NCBI GenBank assembly: GCA_963664815.2
Contig: CAXXHB010000003.1
Span: 3,616,001 to 3,680,000 of the forward strand
Origin: Spirochaetota bacterium
GTDB lineage: Bacteria > Spirochaetota > UBA4802 > UBA5550
DNA: 64,000 nt
Reading direction: 5' to 3'
Made by a program: the position numbers and the translations under genes. Below are positions 1 through 10,463 of this stretch, piece after piece (position 1 is the first letter of the stretch; each line of letters opens with the position of its first letter). The notes under the pieces are model-generated. The model saw only the letters and a program-made list of their open reading frames with translations. It was not told the origin of the DNA and ran no database searches.

Positions 1-291
1 GTTCTCCAGAAAAAATGAAAGTTGTCTTGAAATGTAATTTGAAATTACCTCTTCATAGCTTTTCTCATTCTTAATATCTTCATATGTAGCAAAGGCAAGT
101 GACTCTCGTGCCTTTGCCAGTACAAATTTCAGGACCTCCAGGTAGAGATCATCTTTATTATGAAAAATATAATAGATCATGGCCTTGTTTATATGTGCAA
201 GAGCGGCAATCTCCTCCATATGAGCTCCATGCCTCCCCTTTCTTGCAAAAACCGGTATAGCCGCGTTTAAAATTCTCTCTCTGCTTGTCAT
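1..291 (-). CDS. TetR/AcrR family transcriptional regulator (3' end runs off window)
   Basis: Not in ORF track. Manual translation from ATG at 291: MTSRERILNAAIPVFARKGRHGAHMEEIAALAHINKAMIYYIFHNKDDLY, a TetR HTH. AGGAG RBS at 299-303. Confidence 0.9.
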   Translation of the reverse strand, partial: MTSRERILNAAIPVFARKGRHGAHMEEIAALAHINKAMIYYIFHNKDDLYLEVLKFVLAKARESLAFATYEDIKNEKSYEEVISNYISRQLSFFLEN

Positions 292-341
292 AATATTGCT
301 CCTGATTGACCAGTTAATTTAACGGTTCAGTTAAATACATT

Positions 342-367
342 TATTTAATTAACCGGTTAATTAAATA
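342..367. promoter_or_regulatory. Perfect 26-bp palindrome, probable TetR operator in divergent promoter region
   Basis: TATTTAATTAACCGGTTAATTAAATA is its own reverse complement. Related TTGACCAGTTAA near 306-317 and TTAACCG near 385. Confidence 0.7.
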
Positions 368-533
368 CTGACAAGATTTTTTTATTAACCGATGGGGTTT
401 ATTTTTATAATAATAAAAAAACTCAACGAGTGCAGAAAAATACCTTTATAAGAATTTTTTTGTTCTGCATTTTACCGGGAAATTCCCAAAAATTTAATTA
501 TATTGGTGGTATATTCCTTACAGGAGGCAACTT

Positions 534-1364
534 ATGTCACCGTCAAAAGATAAAGAAAATCTTGAAAAAATGATAAAAGAGAGAAAACTTCATGAATACG
601 ATTCAGCAGATCGCGACAGGCTGATTCAAAAAAGACGCATGGAAGAATTCGGTCAACCGCTGCGTGAAGAAATTATAAAAGAGAAACGGATGCATGAAGA
701 TGACCTTTCCGACAGGGAAAGGCTTATAAAAATAAGGCTGCTTGAAGAGGATGAAAGCAAAATCCGTGACAGAATTATTGAAGAAAAACGGATGCATGAA
801 ATGGATGTCAGCGACAGAGACAGGCTTATAAAAATAAGGCTGCTTGAGGAGAACGAAAAAAAGATCCGTGACAGGATCATTGAAGAAAAGCATATGCATG
901 AAATGGATATCAGCGACAGGGACAGACTTATCAGAATCAGAATACTCGAAGAGGATGAAAGAAAAGTCCGTGATGAGATCATTAAAGAAAAACGGATGCA
1001 TGAACTCGACCCCAGCGACAGGGATATACTTATCAGGCTGAAACGGCTCGAAGAGAATGAAAAAAATATCCGGGATACAATAATTGAAGAAAAACGGATG
1101 CATGAACTCTATCCCAACGACAGGGATATACTCATTGAAATCAGGAAGCTTGAAGAGAATGAAAAAAATATCCGCGATGAGATAATCAAAGAAAAACGGA
1201 TGCATGAACTCGACCCCAATGACAGGGATATACTTATCAGACTGAAACGGCTCGAAGAGGATGAAAAAAATATCCGTGACGCAATTATCAGGGAGAGAAG
1301 AGTGCGCGAATCGGATATCAGTGACAGGGACAGGCTTATTAAAACGCGACGCTCTGAGGAATAA
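534..1364 (+). CDS. Highly charged tandem-repeat protein (8 x 34 aa), unknown function
   Basis: GGAGG RBS. Repeat unit such as EEDEKNIRDxIIEEKRMHELDPSDRDxLIRLxxL, with 102-bp DNA periodicity. Confidence 0.85.
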   Translation: MSPSKDKENLEKMIKERKLHEYDSADRDRLIQKRRMEEFGQPLREEIIKEKRMHEDDLSDRERLIKIRLLEEDESKIRDRIIEEKRMHEMDVSDRDRLIKIRLLEENEKKIRDRIIEEKHMHEMDISDRDRLIRIRILEEDERKVRDEIIKEKRMHELDPSDRDILIRLKRLEENEKNIRDTIIEEKRMHELYPNDRDILIEIRKLEENEKNIRDEIIKEKRMHELDPNDRDILIRLKRLEEDEKNIRDAIIRERRVRESDISDRDRLIKTRRSEE

Positions 1365-1388
1365 TCCCGGTTTCAACAAAACAGCATT

Positions 1389-1418
1389 TTCAGGCCGCGA
1401 ACGGGGCCGCGGTCTGAA
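1389..1418. terminator. GC-rich hairpin between convergent genes
   Basis: TTCAGGCCGCG ... CGCGGTCTGAA stem. Confidence 0.55.
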
Positions 1419-1436
1419 TTAAAAGGGTTTTAACTA

Positions 1437-2528
1437 TCACAATGCCGGGTAATCAGTATAACCTTTCGGTCCACGGGTATAGAAAGTGTTCTTGTCCCAC
1501 TGAGCCAGTTCCGCTTTCTCCGCGAATCTCTCCGCAAGATCGGGATTTGATATAAAGAGTTTTCCATAGGCAACAAGATCGGCATCCCCTTCATCTATAA
1601 CCCTGTTCCCGCTCTCCCGGTCGAAATTGCTGTTAATTATCAGCGTCCCCTTGTACATCGGCCTGTACCTTTTTGCAATATGAGTTTCAGCGCCGGGGAC
1701 ATTTGTCACATCAGTAAAGGGTTCGGAAAGATGGAGGTACGCAAGGCTGTAGTTGTTAAGCTTTTTCACAATGTAATCAAATGTCGGGAGAGTCTCCTCA
1801 TCAACCGTAATGCCGAACGCTTCATGAAACGAGGGATTAAGCCTTGTTCCAATCCGGTTTTCCGGAATATATTTTTTCACTTCTTCTATTACTTCGAAGA
1901 GAATCCTTGCCCGGTTTTCTATCGATCCACCGTACTCATCAGTCCTTATGTTAGAACAACGACTGAAGAACTGGTGAAAGAGGTATCCGTTAGAAGAATG
2001 TATCTCAACACCGTCGAATCCTGCATTCACTGCATTTTTCGCGCCTCTCCCGAAATCCGCAATTGTCTCCTTAATCTCATCAGTTGTCATAGCCTTCGGA
2101 GCGACCGTTTCCTTGAATCCGGCCGGGGTAAATGCCTGTGATTTCGGATTTATCGCAGAGGCTGAAAGCGGCAGTTCGCCTTTATGAAAATCCGGATGTG
2201 ACATTCTCCCCACATGCCATAACTGTATAAAAATCCTCCCCCCTCTGTCATGGACAGCTTTTGTAATCTTCTTCCATCCCTCAACCTGTTCCTCCGAATA
2301 TATCCCCGGCGTGTTTACATAACCTACGGCACGCTTTGACACCTGGGCTCCTTCGGATATAATAAGACCCGCAGATGATCTCTGCCCGTAGTATTCTGCC
2401 ATAAGATCTGTCGGAACATTCCCGGGATTATCCGATCTGCTGCGCGTCATCGGCGCCATGACCAGCCGGTTTTTCAGCAGAATACCGCTCATGTTATATT
2501 CTTTCAAAAGTGATTGTTCATTGGACAT
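1437..2528 (-). CDS. Old yellow enzyme family alkene reductase (NemA-like)
   Basis: NRLVMAPMTRSR, QLWHVGR, GFDGVEIHSSNGYL, RTDEYGGSIENR, C-terminal FY...GYTDYP. Confidence 0.95.
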   Translation of the reverse strand: MSNEQSLLKEYNMSGILLKNRLVMAPMTRSRSDNPGNVPTDLMAEYYGQRSSAGLIISEGAQVSKRAVGYVNTPGIYSEEQVEGWKKITKAVHDRGGRIFIQLWHVGRMSHPDFHKGELPLSASAINPKSQAFTPAGFKETVAPKAMTTDEIKETIADFGRGAKNAVNAGFDGVEIHSSNGYLFHQFFSRCSNIRTDEYGGSIENRARILFEVIEEVKKYIPENRIGTRLNPSFHEAFGITVDEETLPTFDYIVKKLNNYSLAYLHLSEPFTDVTNVPGAETHIAKRYRPMYKGTLIINSNFDRESGNRVIDEGDADLVAYGKLFISNPDLAERFAEKAELAQWDKNTFYTRGPKGYTDYPAL

Positions 2529-2795
2529 ATAATACCTCTGCCTGAATTTATTTGTATATCATAAAAGCAATATACATCAATTCGATACCGGAGTAAAGAG
2601 AAAGTTACATTTATAACCATTTTCATTTTTTTGAAACTTTTAACATATAATTTACTCTTTCTTTAAATATAAACCTGAAAAAAGATATACAGGCTGCATG
2701 CAATTCAGAGTACTAACAGTGATAAATAATATTTTATCTACAGGAACATCCGTGATAAATCCCGGTTTATAGAACTTAAAAAACAGGTTAAACAC

Positions 2796-3860
2796 ATGTT
2801 ATTAAACAAAAAAATATATATACTTATCACAGGAATTTTTATGACAACTACAATTCTCTATGCCCTTCAGGGTAACTCCCGTGAGGGTTTCGATGAAACA
2901 GCCTGGAAAATGGCTGCTTCGTCCCATGAAAGGTCTCTTTTCCATTCAGAACATGAAAGAGACGGAAGATATTTCAATCCCTGGATGCCTATGCCGGAAA
3001 TGGGTATATCCAGAATGCTTAAGTGGCGATTTTCCGGGAAGCCGGTTTACTCGGATGAGGAAAAGAGCTTTCTTCCTGAAGTAAAAACGCTCACAGCGGA
3101 TTATATAAACAACAGCGATAATTTTATTGTATGGCTGGGACACGCTTCAATGCTTATAAAGGCTTCCGGAAAAGTTTTCATGATTGATCCTGTCTTCGGT
3201 GAAATTCCGTTTGTTAAAAAACGAAGAGTACCTTCAGCGCTGAGTTATAAAGAGGCATCAAAAATCAGCGGAGAAGTGACGGTTCTCCTTACACATAATC
3301 ACTATGATCATTTTGATGAAGACAGCATAGAAAGTCTGCCGCAGGGTACAAAGTTTATAGTACCTCACGGACTTGCATCTTCCGTAAAGAGTATAAGAGA
3401 TGGTGAGGTGAGAGAAACAGACTGGTGGGATGAAATAAACTCCGGCAATATTAAGATTGTTTTTTTGCCTTCACAGCACTGGTCAAAACGCGGTTTCTTT
3501 GATACAAACAAATCGCTGTGGGGTTCCTATCTTATCGACACAGGGAAAAAGAAAATCTTTATCTGCGGCGACACCGGTTATTCAACTGTATATAAAGAGA
3601 TAGCCATGAAATATCCGGGAATCGACTATGCGTTCATGTCAACCGGCGCATCACAACCCAGATGGTTTATGCACTACAGCCATCAGAATGAACCGGAGGC
3701 TCTGCGTGGTTTTAATGATATCGGCGCAAAATATTTTATCCCGATTCACTGGGGTTCCTTTGCGCTGGGAGATGAACCTGCCGGTTATCCGGCACTTCAT
3801 TTAAAAAAACTGTTCCCTGAAGCTATAATTACCGATGAAGGTGGGATTATTAAACTGTAA
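2796..3860 (+). CDS. MBL-fold metallo-hydrolase (NAPE-PLD/RomA-like), N-terminal signal or anchor
   Basis: WLGHAS, THNHYDH, PSQHWS, GDTGY, PIHWGSF motifs. Confidence 0.88.
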   Translation: MLLNKKIYILITGIFMTTTILYALQGNSREGFDETAWKMAASSHERSLFHSEHERDGRYFNPWMPMPEMGISRMLKWRFSGKPVYSDEEKSFLPEVKTLTADYINNSDNFIVWLGHASMLIKASGKVFMIDPVFGEIPFVKKRRVPSALSYKEASKISGEVTVLLTHNHYDHFDEDSIESLPQGTKFIVPHGLASSVKSIRDGEVRETDWWDEINSGNIKIVFLPSQHWSKRGFFDTNKSLWGSYLIDTGKKKIFICGDTGYSTVYKEIAMKYPGIDYAFMSTGASQPRWFMHYSHQNEPEALRGFNDIGAKYFIPIHWGSFALGDEPAGYPALHLKKLFPEAIITDEGGIIKL

Positions 3861-3863
3861 TAT

Positions 3864-4826
3864 CTATTCGATGCAGCTGATCCTGTTTCTTCCGCTCTCT
3901 TTTGCCCTGTAGAGGGATTCATCCGCCTTCTGCTTAAAGGTTACAATATCCGTCGCCGTTTCAGGGTATGAACTTGCGCCGATACTTGTGGTTATCGCAA
4001 TATCATGGCCTTTAAGATGCCTGGAAAAGTCGAAACTCTCCACACTTGCACGTATCTCCTCGGCATACTCAACCGACATATTTAAATCAGTGTCCGGAAG
4101 AAGTATTGAAAATTCGTCTCCGCCGTATCGTGCCAGAATTCCATGCTTGCTGATTATTCTCTTTATTATGCCTGCGAATTCAACTATAACTCCATTACCC
4201 GCATCCTGTCCTGCCAATTCATTGACCATTCTGAAGTTATCTATATCGAGCATAAGGAAGGTGAGAGGTTTGTTGTTGCTCTGCGATAAATAAAAAAAGT
4301 TTTCAAGCGCATCATCAAGAAAAGCCCGATTATACAAACCTGTAAGATCATCCGTTATAACCCTTCGGCTCGCTTTTTCACCCCACTCAACAACATCCGC
4401 AAGAAACCTGCTTGATCTTCTCAGCTGCATTATTGTATGACTTAAAAGTTTTGATATCAGTTTTATTGAATATTCAGGCATTGTTTCAATCATATCCCGG
4501 AAATCAGCCTCTTCAATTACAAGCAATTCACTTACACCTGAAGATGTATAAGAATCGACTGACGGTTTATTTCCGAAAATTGACAGCTCGCCGAAGACAT
4601 CCCCCTTCTTATACTCCGCCTGCCTGCGTTCAATACTCCCCGGGAGTTTAAGTGCGCTGAGTATTTTACCGCTCTTTACTATATATAATTCCTTTTTTAA
4701 CTCTCCCGGACTGATTACAGGCTCTTTGTCATTAAATATTTTCTGCTTAATGAATTTCTGCAGAACATCAAGCTCACCCTTCTCATATCCGGAAAACATC
4801 TCCAGTTCTTTTAATGTATTTACCAT
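3864..4826 (-). CDS. cNMP-binding domain + diguanylate cyclase (intact GGDEF)
   Basis: FGELSIF, DDLTGLYNR, LDIDNF, RYGGDEF, ADESLYRAKESGRN. Confidence 0.9.
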   Translation of the reverse strand: MVNTLKELEMFSGYEKGELDVLQKFIKQKIFNDKEPVISPGELKKELYIVKSGKILSALKLPGSIERRQAEYKKGDVFGELSIFGNKPSVDSYTSSGVSELLVIEEADFRDMIETMPEYSIKLISKLLSHTIMQLRRSSRFLADVVEWGEKASRRVITDDLTGLYNRAFLDDALENFFYLSQSNNKPLTFLMLDIDNFRMVNELAGQDAGNGVIVEFAGIIKRIISKHGILARYGGDEFSILLPDTDLNMSVEYAEEIRASVESFDFSRHLKGHDIAITTSIGASSYPETATDIVTFKQKADESLYRAKESGRNRISCIE

Positions 4827-4838
4827 TATATCACCCGT

Positions 4839-5804
4839 TTATGCAATAATTTTATCCCCGCCCTGACCACGTGCAGCCATCATCTTTTCACGGGCAATAT
4901 TTACAAGGTCTGCACTGCTTCCAGTATCATCCGGATACATGGCTATACCTATGCTTACCCTGATATTCACTCCATCAGAACCGGTTACAGCTTTCAAATC
5001 TATGTTGTATAAAGTTGAACGGAGGTCACCCGCTATCTTCAGGGCTGTTTCCCTGTCGGTATCGATAAGTATAGCCGCATATTCATCCCCTCTGACCCTG
5101 ACCCCTATATCATTCTCACGAAGATCAGACTGAAGAAATATTGCCATAAGGTTAAGCACCTGATCCCCGGCTTCATGCCCGAAACGGTCATTTATCTCTT
5201 TGAAATTGTCAGGCTTAATCATTAAAAAAGCCGCATTTCTCCCTATCTCGGGAAGCAGATTAACAAAGTCCTCTTTCAGAAATATCTGGTTGTAAAGCCC
5301 TGTCATCTTATCGCATAACAGCTGTTTCCTCAGATCCTGGAGCCAGTGGGTTTTATCAAAAAGCATTTTATTTACATTCCATATCCTTTCAGACACAACT
5401 CCAAGCAGACTGTAAAGCAACCGGGCAAAAATTACCGGATGTTCGCTGAAGAGTTCAGCGGGGGTATACTTTATCGCCGGAAATTTAAGAAGCTGCGAGT
5501 CCTCCTCGGCAAAAGCTGCGGCGCTCCTCTCTGTCCTGCCGAGAAAATCAAATTCGCCGAAAGATTCATTAACGGCTATCTGGGCGATCCTGGCATCGTC
5601 TTTCTCAAGGCTGATTATTCCGACTCTGCCGCTCTCCACCACATAGAGTTCATCCGCTGAAGCCCCCTGTCTGAAGATTGGTTCTCCCCGTTTCACCCTG
5701 ACAAACTCACTGTATCTGGCAATTATATCGAGTTCATATTCACGAAGATCGGAAAAAATATCAATTTTTCTGAGCAATTCAACTTTCTCTTCTTTAAGTG
5801 CCAT
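4839..5804 (-). CDS. cNMP-binding domain + degenerate GGDEF domain
   Basis: FGEFDFL...ERSA cNMP cassette. The GGDEF signature is RVRGDEY and the DID motif is replaced by KPD. RxxD (REND) I-site is present. Confidence 0.88.
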   Translation of the reverse strand: MALKEEKVELLRKIDIFSDLREYELDIIARYSEFVRVKRGEPIFRQGASADELYVVESGRVGIISLEKDDARIAQIAVNESFGEFDFLGRTERSAAAFAEEDSQLLKFPAIKYTPAELFSEHPVIFARLLYSLLGVVSERIWNVNKMLFDKTHWLQDLRKQLLCDKMTGLYNQIFLKEDFVNLLPEIGRNAAFLMIKPDNFKEINDRFGHEAGDQVLNLMAIFLQSDLRENDIGVRVRGDEYAAILIDTDRETALKIAGDLRSTLYNIDLKAVTGSDGVNIRVSIGIAMYPDDTGSSADLVNIAREKMMAARGQGGDKIIA

Positions 5805-6144
5805 ATTATTTATTATCCGGTATATTTATCATAAGTTAAACCGACAGGTAAGAACTAATAATACTTACATGGGTTTGCATAAACTTATCGTTAACCGGCA
5901 AATTTAAAAATCAAGAAATTTATTACTCATTTAACGAATAAACAGGATCACTCCGTTTTCTTCCCGGAGAATGTTCAGGGGAATGAAAGATGAAACCCTT
6001 TATCCTCAGGAGGTATCACGCCACCGGAAAGATTGTATCACCTTTTTTACCTGTAAAATTAAAAAGTCATAAAAGACGCCCTTTTTTATTTTTTCCCGGT
6101 AAAAATCAATATATTAAACTATGCCACATACTGAGGAGGTTTTT

Positions 6145-7956
6145 ATGAAAAGCCTGCGGTTAAAAGTTATTCTGCTGACCCTGGGAACAGGATTGGGCGT
6201 TCTTGTTATAATCATATCAATAAGTATTTTTTCAATTAACAGATACAGCACCCGGCTGCTTGAAATGAATAAAGGGGTTGTTTTCAGTGATTATGATAAA
6301 AATGTAAAAAACCAGATAGAAAATGGTATTTCTTTAATTGAAGCCGTGTATAAATACCAGAAGGCAAATAACATCTCGGAGGATCAGGGGAAAAATCTCG
6401 CCAAAACACTTGTAAGAGAGCTTAAATATGACAAATCAGGTTATTTCTGGATTGATGATTATGAAGGTGTAAATGTCTGTTTTCCTGGACATACCGGTGA
6501 AGAGGGTAAATCGAGGATAGACAATAAAGATGTCAATGGAACTTTTTTTATTAAGGAAATCATTGAAAACGGGAGAAAAAGTGAAGGGGGATTTACTGAC
6601 TACTGGTTCCCCAAACCAGGGGAAACCCAGGCTAACAGGAAAAGAAGCTTCAGTAAATCTTTCGAACCATACAGATGGGTAATAGGTACAGGCAACTATG
6701 TTGACGATATAGAGAAGACTGTCGCTTTACTTGCAGATGAAAACAGGGAATATATTCAGAAACTGTTTATGATCGTACTTGCTGCTGCAGTGATTATGTC
6801 GGCAATTATTATCATCCTGTCAATAGTATTTGGAAACTCAATTGCAAAACCTATTATAGAATCGGCAAATGTTGCAAATAAACTCGCCGAAGGAGACCTT
6901 ACCGGCAGAATCGATAAAAAATATTCGAACAGGAAGGATGAGGTTGGCACCCTTGTAAACAGCATAAATTCCGCCAACGAAAACCTGGAGAGAATGATTG
7001 CATCCATCATCACTGCTATGCAGAACCTCTATTACGCTACAGAGCAGATAAGCTCAGGCAACCTGAATCTGTCACAGCGGACAACAGAACAGGCATCATC
7101 CCTGGAGGAGATTGCCTCTACTATTGAAGAAACAACAGCAACAATTTCACAAAACACCGAGAATGCAAGGCATGCCAACAATACATCAATTGAGTCATAC
7201 AAATTCGCTGAAAAGGGGGGCAAACTGGTAAGCGATGCCGTTTCCTCTATCAACGAAATAAGTGAATCGAGCAAGAAGATAGGTGAAATTATTTCTGTAA
7301 TTAATGAAATCGCATTCCAGACAAACCTCCTGGCCCTTAACGCGGCTGTTGAAGCAGCCAGGGCAGGAGAACAGGGACGGGGCTTTGCCGTTGTAGCAGG
7401 TGAGGTAAGGAATCTGGCGCAGAGAGCCGGCACCGCTGCGAAACAGATAGGGGAACTTATCAGGGAATCTATTAACAGGATCGAGAAAGGAACAGATCAG
7501 GCAAATAACAGCGGCGAGGCCATAAAGGATATTATAAAATCTGTAAGAAATGTAACGCAGCTTATATCTGAAATCACTGCGGCTAGCGATGAACAGAAAT
7601 CGGGAATAGACCAGATCAATATTGCAGTAACTGACCTAGACAACATGACACAGCAGAATGCTGCCCTTGTGGAAGAAACCGCATCGGCAAGCGAAGAGAT
7701 GTCTTCGCAGGCACTTGACCTGATGAACAGCATAACAAAGACATTTAAAATAGACGCTGAATACGAAGCTCAAAGCAGAAAGATTATCAAAGCAGCCGAT
7801 GAAGCATCACAAAAAGAGAAAAAATTTGCTGCCGAAAAAATCAGTAAAGCTTATAAAACAGTAAGACCTGACAAACAGGCAATTGGAAACAACACAGGTA
7901 CCTCTCAGACTAAAAAGGTTGAAGGGAATTTTGATGACGATTACGATCTGTTTTAG
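6145..7956 (+). CDS. Methyl-accepting chemotaxis protein with Cache and HAMP domains
   Basis: Two TM segments, [20 protein letters not shown] Cache motifs, [30 protein letters not shown]. Start placed at 6145 after GAGGAGG. Confidence 0.95.
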   Translation: MKSLRLKVILLTLGTGLGVLVIIISISIFSINRYSTRLLEMNKGVVFSDYDKNVKNQIENGISLIEAVYKYQKANNISEDQGKNLAKTLVRELKYDKSGYFWIDDYEGVNVCFPGHTGEEGKSRIDNKDVNGTFFIKEIIENGRKSEGGFTDYWFPKPGETQANRKRSFSKSFEPYRWVIGTGNYVDDIEKTVALLADENREYIQKLFMIVLAAAVIMSAIIIILSIVFGNSIAKPIIESANVANKLAEGDLTGRIDKKYSNRKDEVGTLVNSINSANENLERMIASIITAMQNLYYATEQISSGNLNLSQRTTEQASSLEEIASTIEETTATISQNTENARHANNTSIESYKFAEKGGKLVSDAVSSINEISESSKKIGEIISVINEIAFQTNLLALNAAVEAARAGEQGRGFAVVAGEVRNLAQRAGTAAKQIGELIRESINRIEKGTDQANNSGEAIKDIIKSVRNVTQLISEITAASDEQKSGIDQINIAVTDLDNMTQQNAALVEETASASEEMSSQALDLMNSITKTFKIDAEYEAQSRKIIKAADEASQKEKKFAAEKISKAYKTVRPDKQAIGNNTGTSQTKKVEGNFDDDYDLF

Positions 7957-8090
7957 TAACCGGCTGCAGTTTCGCCGTGAGATTCACGGATGGTCTTCTC
8001 CCGGGAATTGCTGCATAAACGTCCCAGCCGGCTGAATACGTTTTTGAATTTTATAAAACATCAAATTACCCGGAAGATAAAGCTGATAAA

Positions 8091-8240
8091 CTATTTAACC
8101 ATAGGGCATTTACTGCAGTCTGAACAGCTGCAGCTGCATCCGGAAGTATCAACCGGTTTCCGGATGAATCTTATTATCTTTATAACAAAATATACTATGG
8201 ATAATATAACTGCTGTTCCTGTAATAATTAAATCTATCAT
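8091..8240 (-). CDS. FeoB-associated Cys-rich small membrane protein (49 aa)
   Basis: Not in ORF track. MIDLIITGTAVILSIVYFVIKIIRFIRKPVDTSGCSCSCSDCSKCPMVK starts 2 nt after the feoB stop. Confidence 0.8.
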   Translation of the reverse strand: MIDLIITGTAVILSIVYFVIKIIRFIRKPVDTSGCSCSCSDCSKCPMVK

Positions 8241-8242
8241 AT

Positions 8243-10441
8243 TTAAACTCCTAACCCGAAAAATTTACCTGTCTGATAAACTGCAAAGCACAAAGTCCAT
8301 GAAACTGTGATTGAATAGAGAACATAAAATCCGAGCCATCTCCACCCAAGTTCCGCTTTAATAGTCGCCTGTGCTGCGAAACATGGTGCCAATATAAGAG
8401 TAAACAGCATAAGAACAAACGCTACTAACGGGTTAAAGTTCTTATCACTCTTAAGTGCATTACGGAGAGTCGCACCCTCGCTAGTTTCCTCACCCCCTGT
8501 TTTATAAAGTATTCCAAGAGTTGAAACAACCGATTCCTTGGCGGCAAAACCTGTTATTGTAGCAACGCCTATTTTCCAGTCAAATCCCAGTGGTATGATA
8601 GCCGGTTCTATAATTCTCCCGAGCCGTCCGGCAGTACTATAAGCAAGTTCATCCTCTTTCTTTAAATTATCAGCATATTCAGAGGCTTGTTCGTCAATGG
8701 TCTCCTTCTCTTCGTTTATATCCGCAGTATTATTATCAACCTCCGTAACTGTATTATTTGACCTGGCTTTATCTTCCAGAATAATTTTATAGTCATCTTC
8801 TATTTTCTGATATTTAGCAATATCCTGGGCAGGTTTTGGAAATGATATAATAACCCATATCAGAATCGAGGCCGGTAAAAGAATTGCTCCCGCCTTTTTT
8901 ATATAGAGCATGGTTTTTTCTCTGATATGACTGAGAATTCCTTTGAAAGTCGGCAATCTGTAAGGGGGAAGCTCCATAACAAATGGAGTTGATTCACCCT
9001 TTAATATTGTTTTTCTGAATAAAAGAGAGGACATCAAAGCCAGAACAACACCTATCACATAGATCAGTAAAACCATGTTTCCGGCATTTGCAGTAAAAAA
9101 TGTACCGGCAAGAAGAATGTGAACAGGAAGCTTTGCTCCGCAATTCATAAATGGGGTAACCAGAATTGTGATGATTCTGTCTCTTGGATTTTTAAGAGAT
9201 CTTGACGCCATTATAGCCGGTACAGAGCATCCGAATCCCACCATTAAAGGTAAAAAGGATTGCCCGTGAAGACCGAAAATATGAAGAAATTTATCCATTA
9301 TAAAAGCAGCTCTTGCCATATAGCCGGAATCTTCCAGAATAGAAATAAACATAAAAAGAATAACAATAAGAGGGACAAAAGAGAGTACCCCCCCAAGTCC
9401 GGGTATTATACCATCAATAACCAGTGATTTCAGCATCCCATCATGCAGTAATTTTGCAGAAAGAACTCCGAGCCATCCGAAAAGCGATTCCAGCCAGCTC
9501 TGCGGGTATGCCCCGATGATGAATGTCAGTTGAAAAATCCCCCAGAGCATAAAGAGAAAAACCGGAAGCCCAAGAAAACGGTTTAAAAGAATTGCATCAA
9601 TTTTTTCTGTTTCGGTGATATCAGAACCTGCTTTTTTAACAGCTTCAGTAACAGCCCCGTGAATATAACCATACCTCTGTTCTGAAATTATAATTTCTGA
9701 ATCATTTCCGAAATGTGTTTCAATTCTTTCTATACATTGAAGAGCTGTATCTTCCACCGCTGTTTTATGTGAATGCTTCTGAATTTTTTTATAAGCATTC
9801 TGATCTTTTTCCAGAAGCTTTATTGCAATCCACCTCGGAGGAAAAACATGGGAGAATTCTTTATCCTCTGAAAGAATTCCGGCTATTTTAGTGATCTCAT
9901 CCTCAATTTCATAACCATATGATGGTATCCTTACCGATTTTTTTTTATTGTTAAACATATCAATAGCTGCATCAAGCAGATCATTTATCCCTTTTTCTTT
10001 TGCCCCGACTGTCTTTATCATAGGGATATCCAGAAGAATTGACAGCAGTTTATCGTCAATTTGAATCCCCATGTTTTCGGCCTGATCTGTTATATTCAGT
10101 GCACCAATTATCGGTATGTTCAACTCCTGGAATTGAAGCGATAAATACAGGTTTCTCTCGATGTTTGTAGAATCTATTACATCGATGATGATATCCGGAT
10201 TTTCATCGATTATAAAATCTCTTGCGATCACCTCATCAATTGAATATGCTGTTAAACTATAGGTTCCGGGGAGATCATATATTAAAAATTCATAATCTTT
10301 ATATATTTTTCTTCCCATCTTTTTTTCAACGGTAACACCTGCATAATTTCCCACCTTCTGGTTTGAACCGGTCATATAATTAAAAATAGTGGTTTTACCC
10401 GAATTTGGATTTCCGGCGAGACCGACTTTAATCTGTTTCAT
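8243..10441 (-). CDS. feoB: Ferrous iron transport protein B
   Basis: GNPNSGKT, GNYAGVTVE, DLPGTYSL, LEDSGYMARAAF, GFGCSVPA, FVMELPPY. Confidence 0.98.
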   Translation of the reverse strand: MKQIKVGLAGNPNSGKTTIFNYMTGSNQKVGNYAGVTVEKKMGRKIYKDYEFLIYDLPGTYSLTAYSIDEVIARDFIIDENPDIIIDVIDSTNIERNLYLSLQFQELNIPIIGALNITDQAENMGIQIDDKLLSILLDIPMIKTVGAKEKGINDLLDAAIDMFNNKKKSVRIPSYGYEIEDEITKIAGILSEDKEFSHVFPPRWIAIKLLEKDQNAYKKIQKHSHKTAVEDTALQCIERIETHFGNDSEIIISEQRYGYIHGAVTEAVKKAGSDITETEKIDAILLNRFLGLPVFLFMLWGIFQLTFIIGAYPQSWLESLFGWLGVLSAKLLHDGMLKSLVIDGIIPGLGGVLSFVPLIVILFMFISILEDSGYMARAAFIMDKFLHIFGLHGQSFLPLMVGFGCSVPAIMASRSLKNPRDRIITILVTPFMNCGAKLPVHILLAGTFFTANAGNMVLLIYVIGVVLALMSSLLFRKTILKGESTPFVMELPPYRLPTFKGILSHIREKTMLYIKKAGAILLPASILIWVIISFPKPAQDIAKYQKIEDDYKIILEDKARSNNTVTEVDNNTADINEEKETIDEQASEYADNLKKEDELAYSTAGRLGRIIEPAIIPLGFDWKIGVATITGFAAKESVVSTLGILYKTGGEETSEGATLRNALKSDKNFNPLVAFVLMLFTLILAPCFAAQATIKAELGWRWLGFYVLYSITVSWTLCFAVYQTGKFFGLGV

Positions 10442-10463
10442 ATATTTGTCCTGATCATATTTT

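Noticed and set aside
534-1364. CRISPR array or TPR protein
   Set aside because: The repeats are in-frame coding units with synonymous variation and no unique spacers. TPR consensus small and aromatic residues are absent.
603-1379. 258-aa antisense ORF
   Set aside because: Shadow of the repeat gene, which has the RBS and the coherent repeat pattern on the plus strand.
7990-8310. 106-aa plus-strand ORF
   Set aside because: Antisense to the feoB 3' end and the Cys-rich microprotein, with no recognisable motif.
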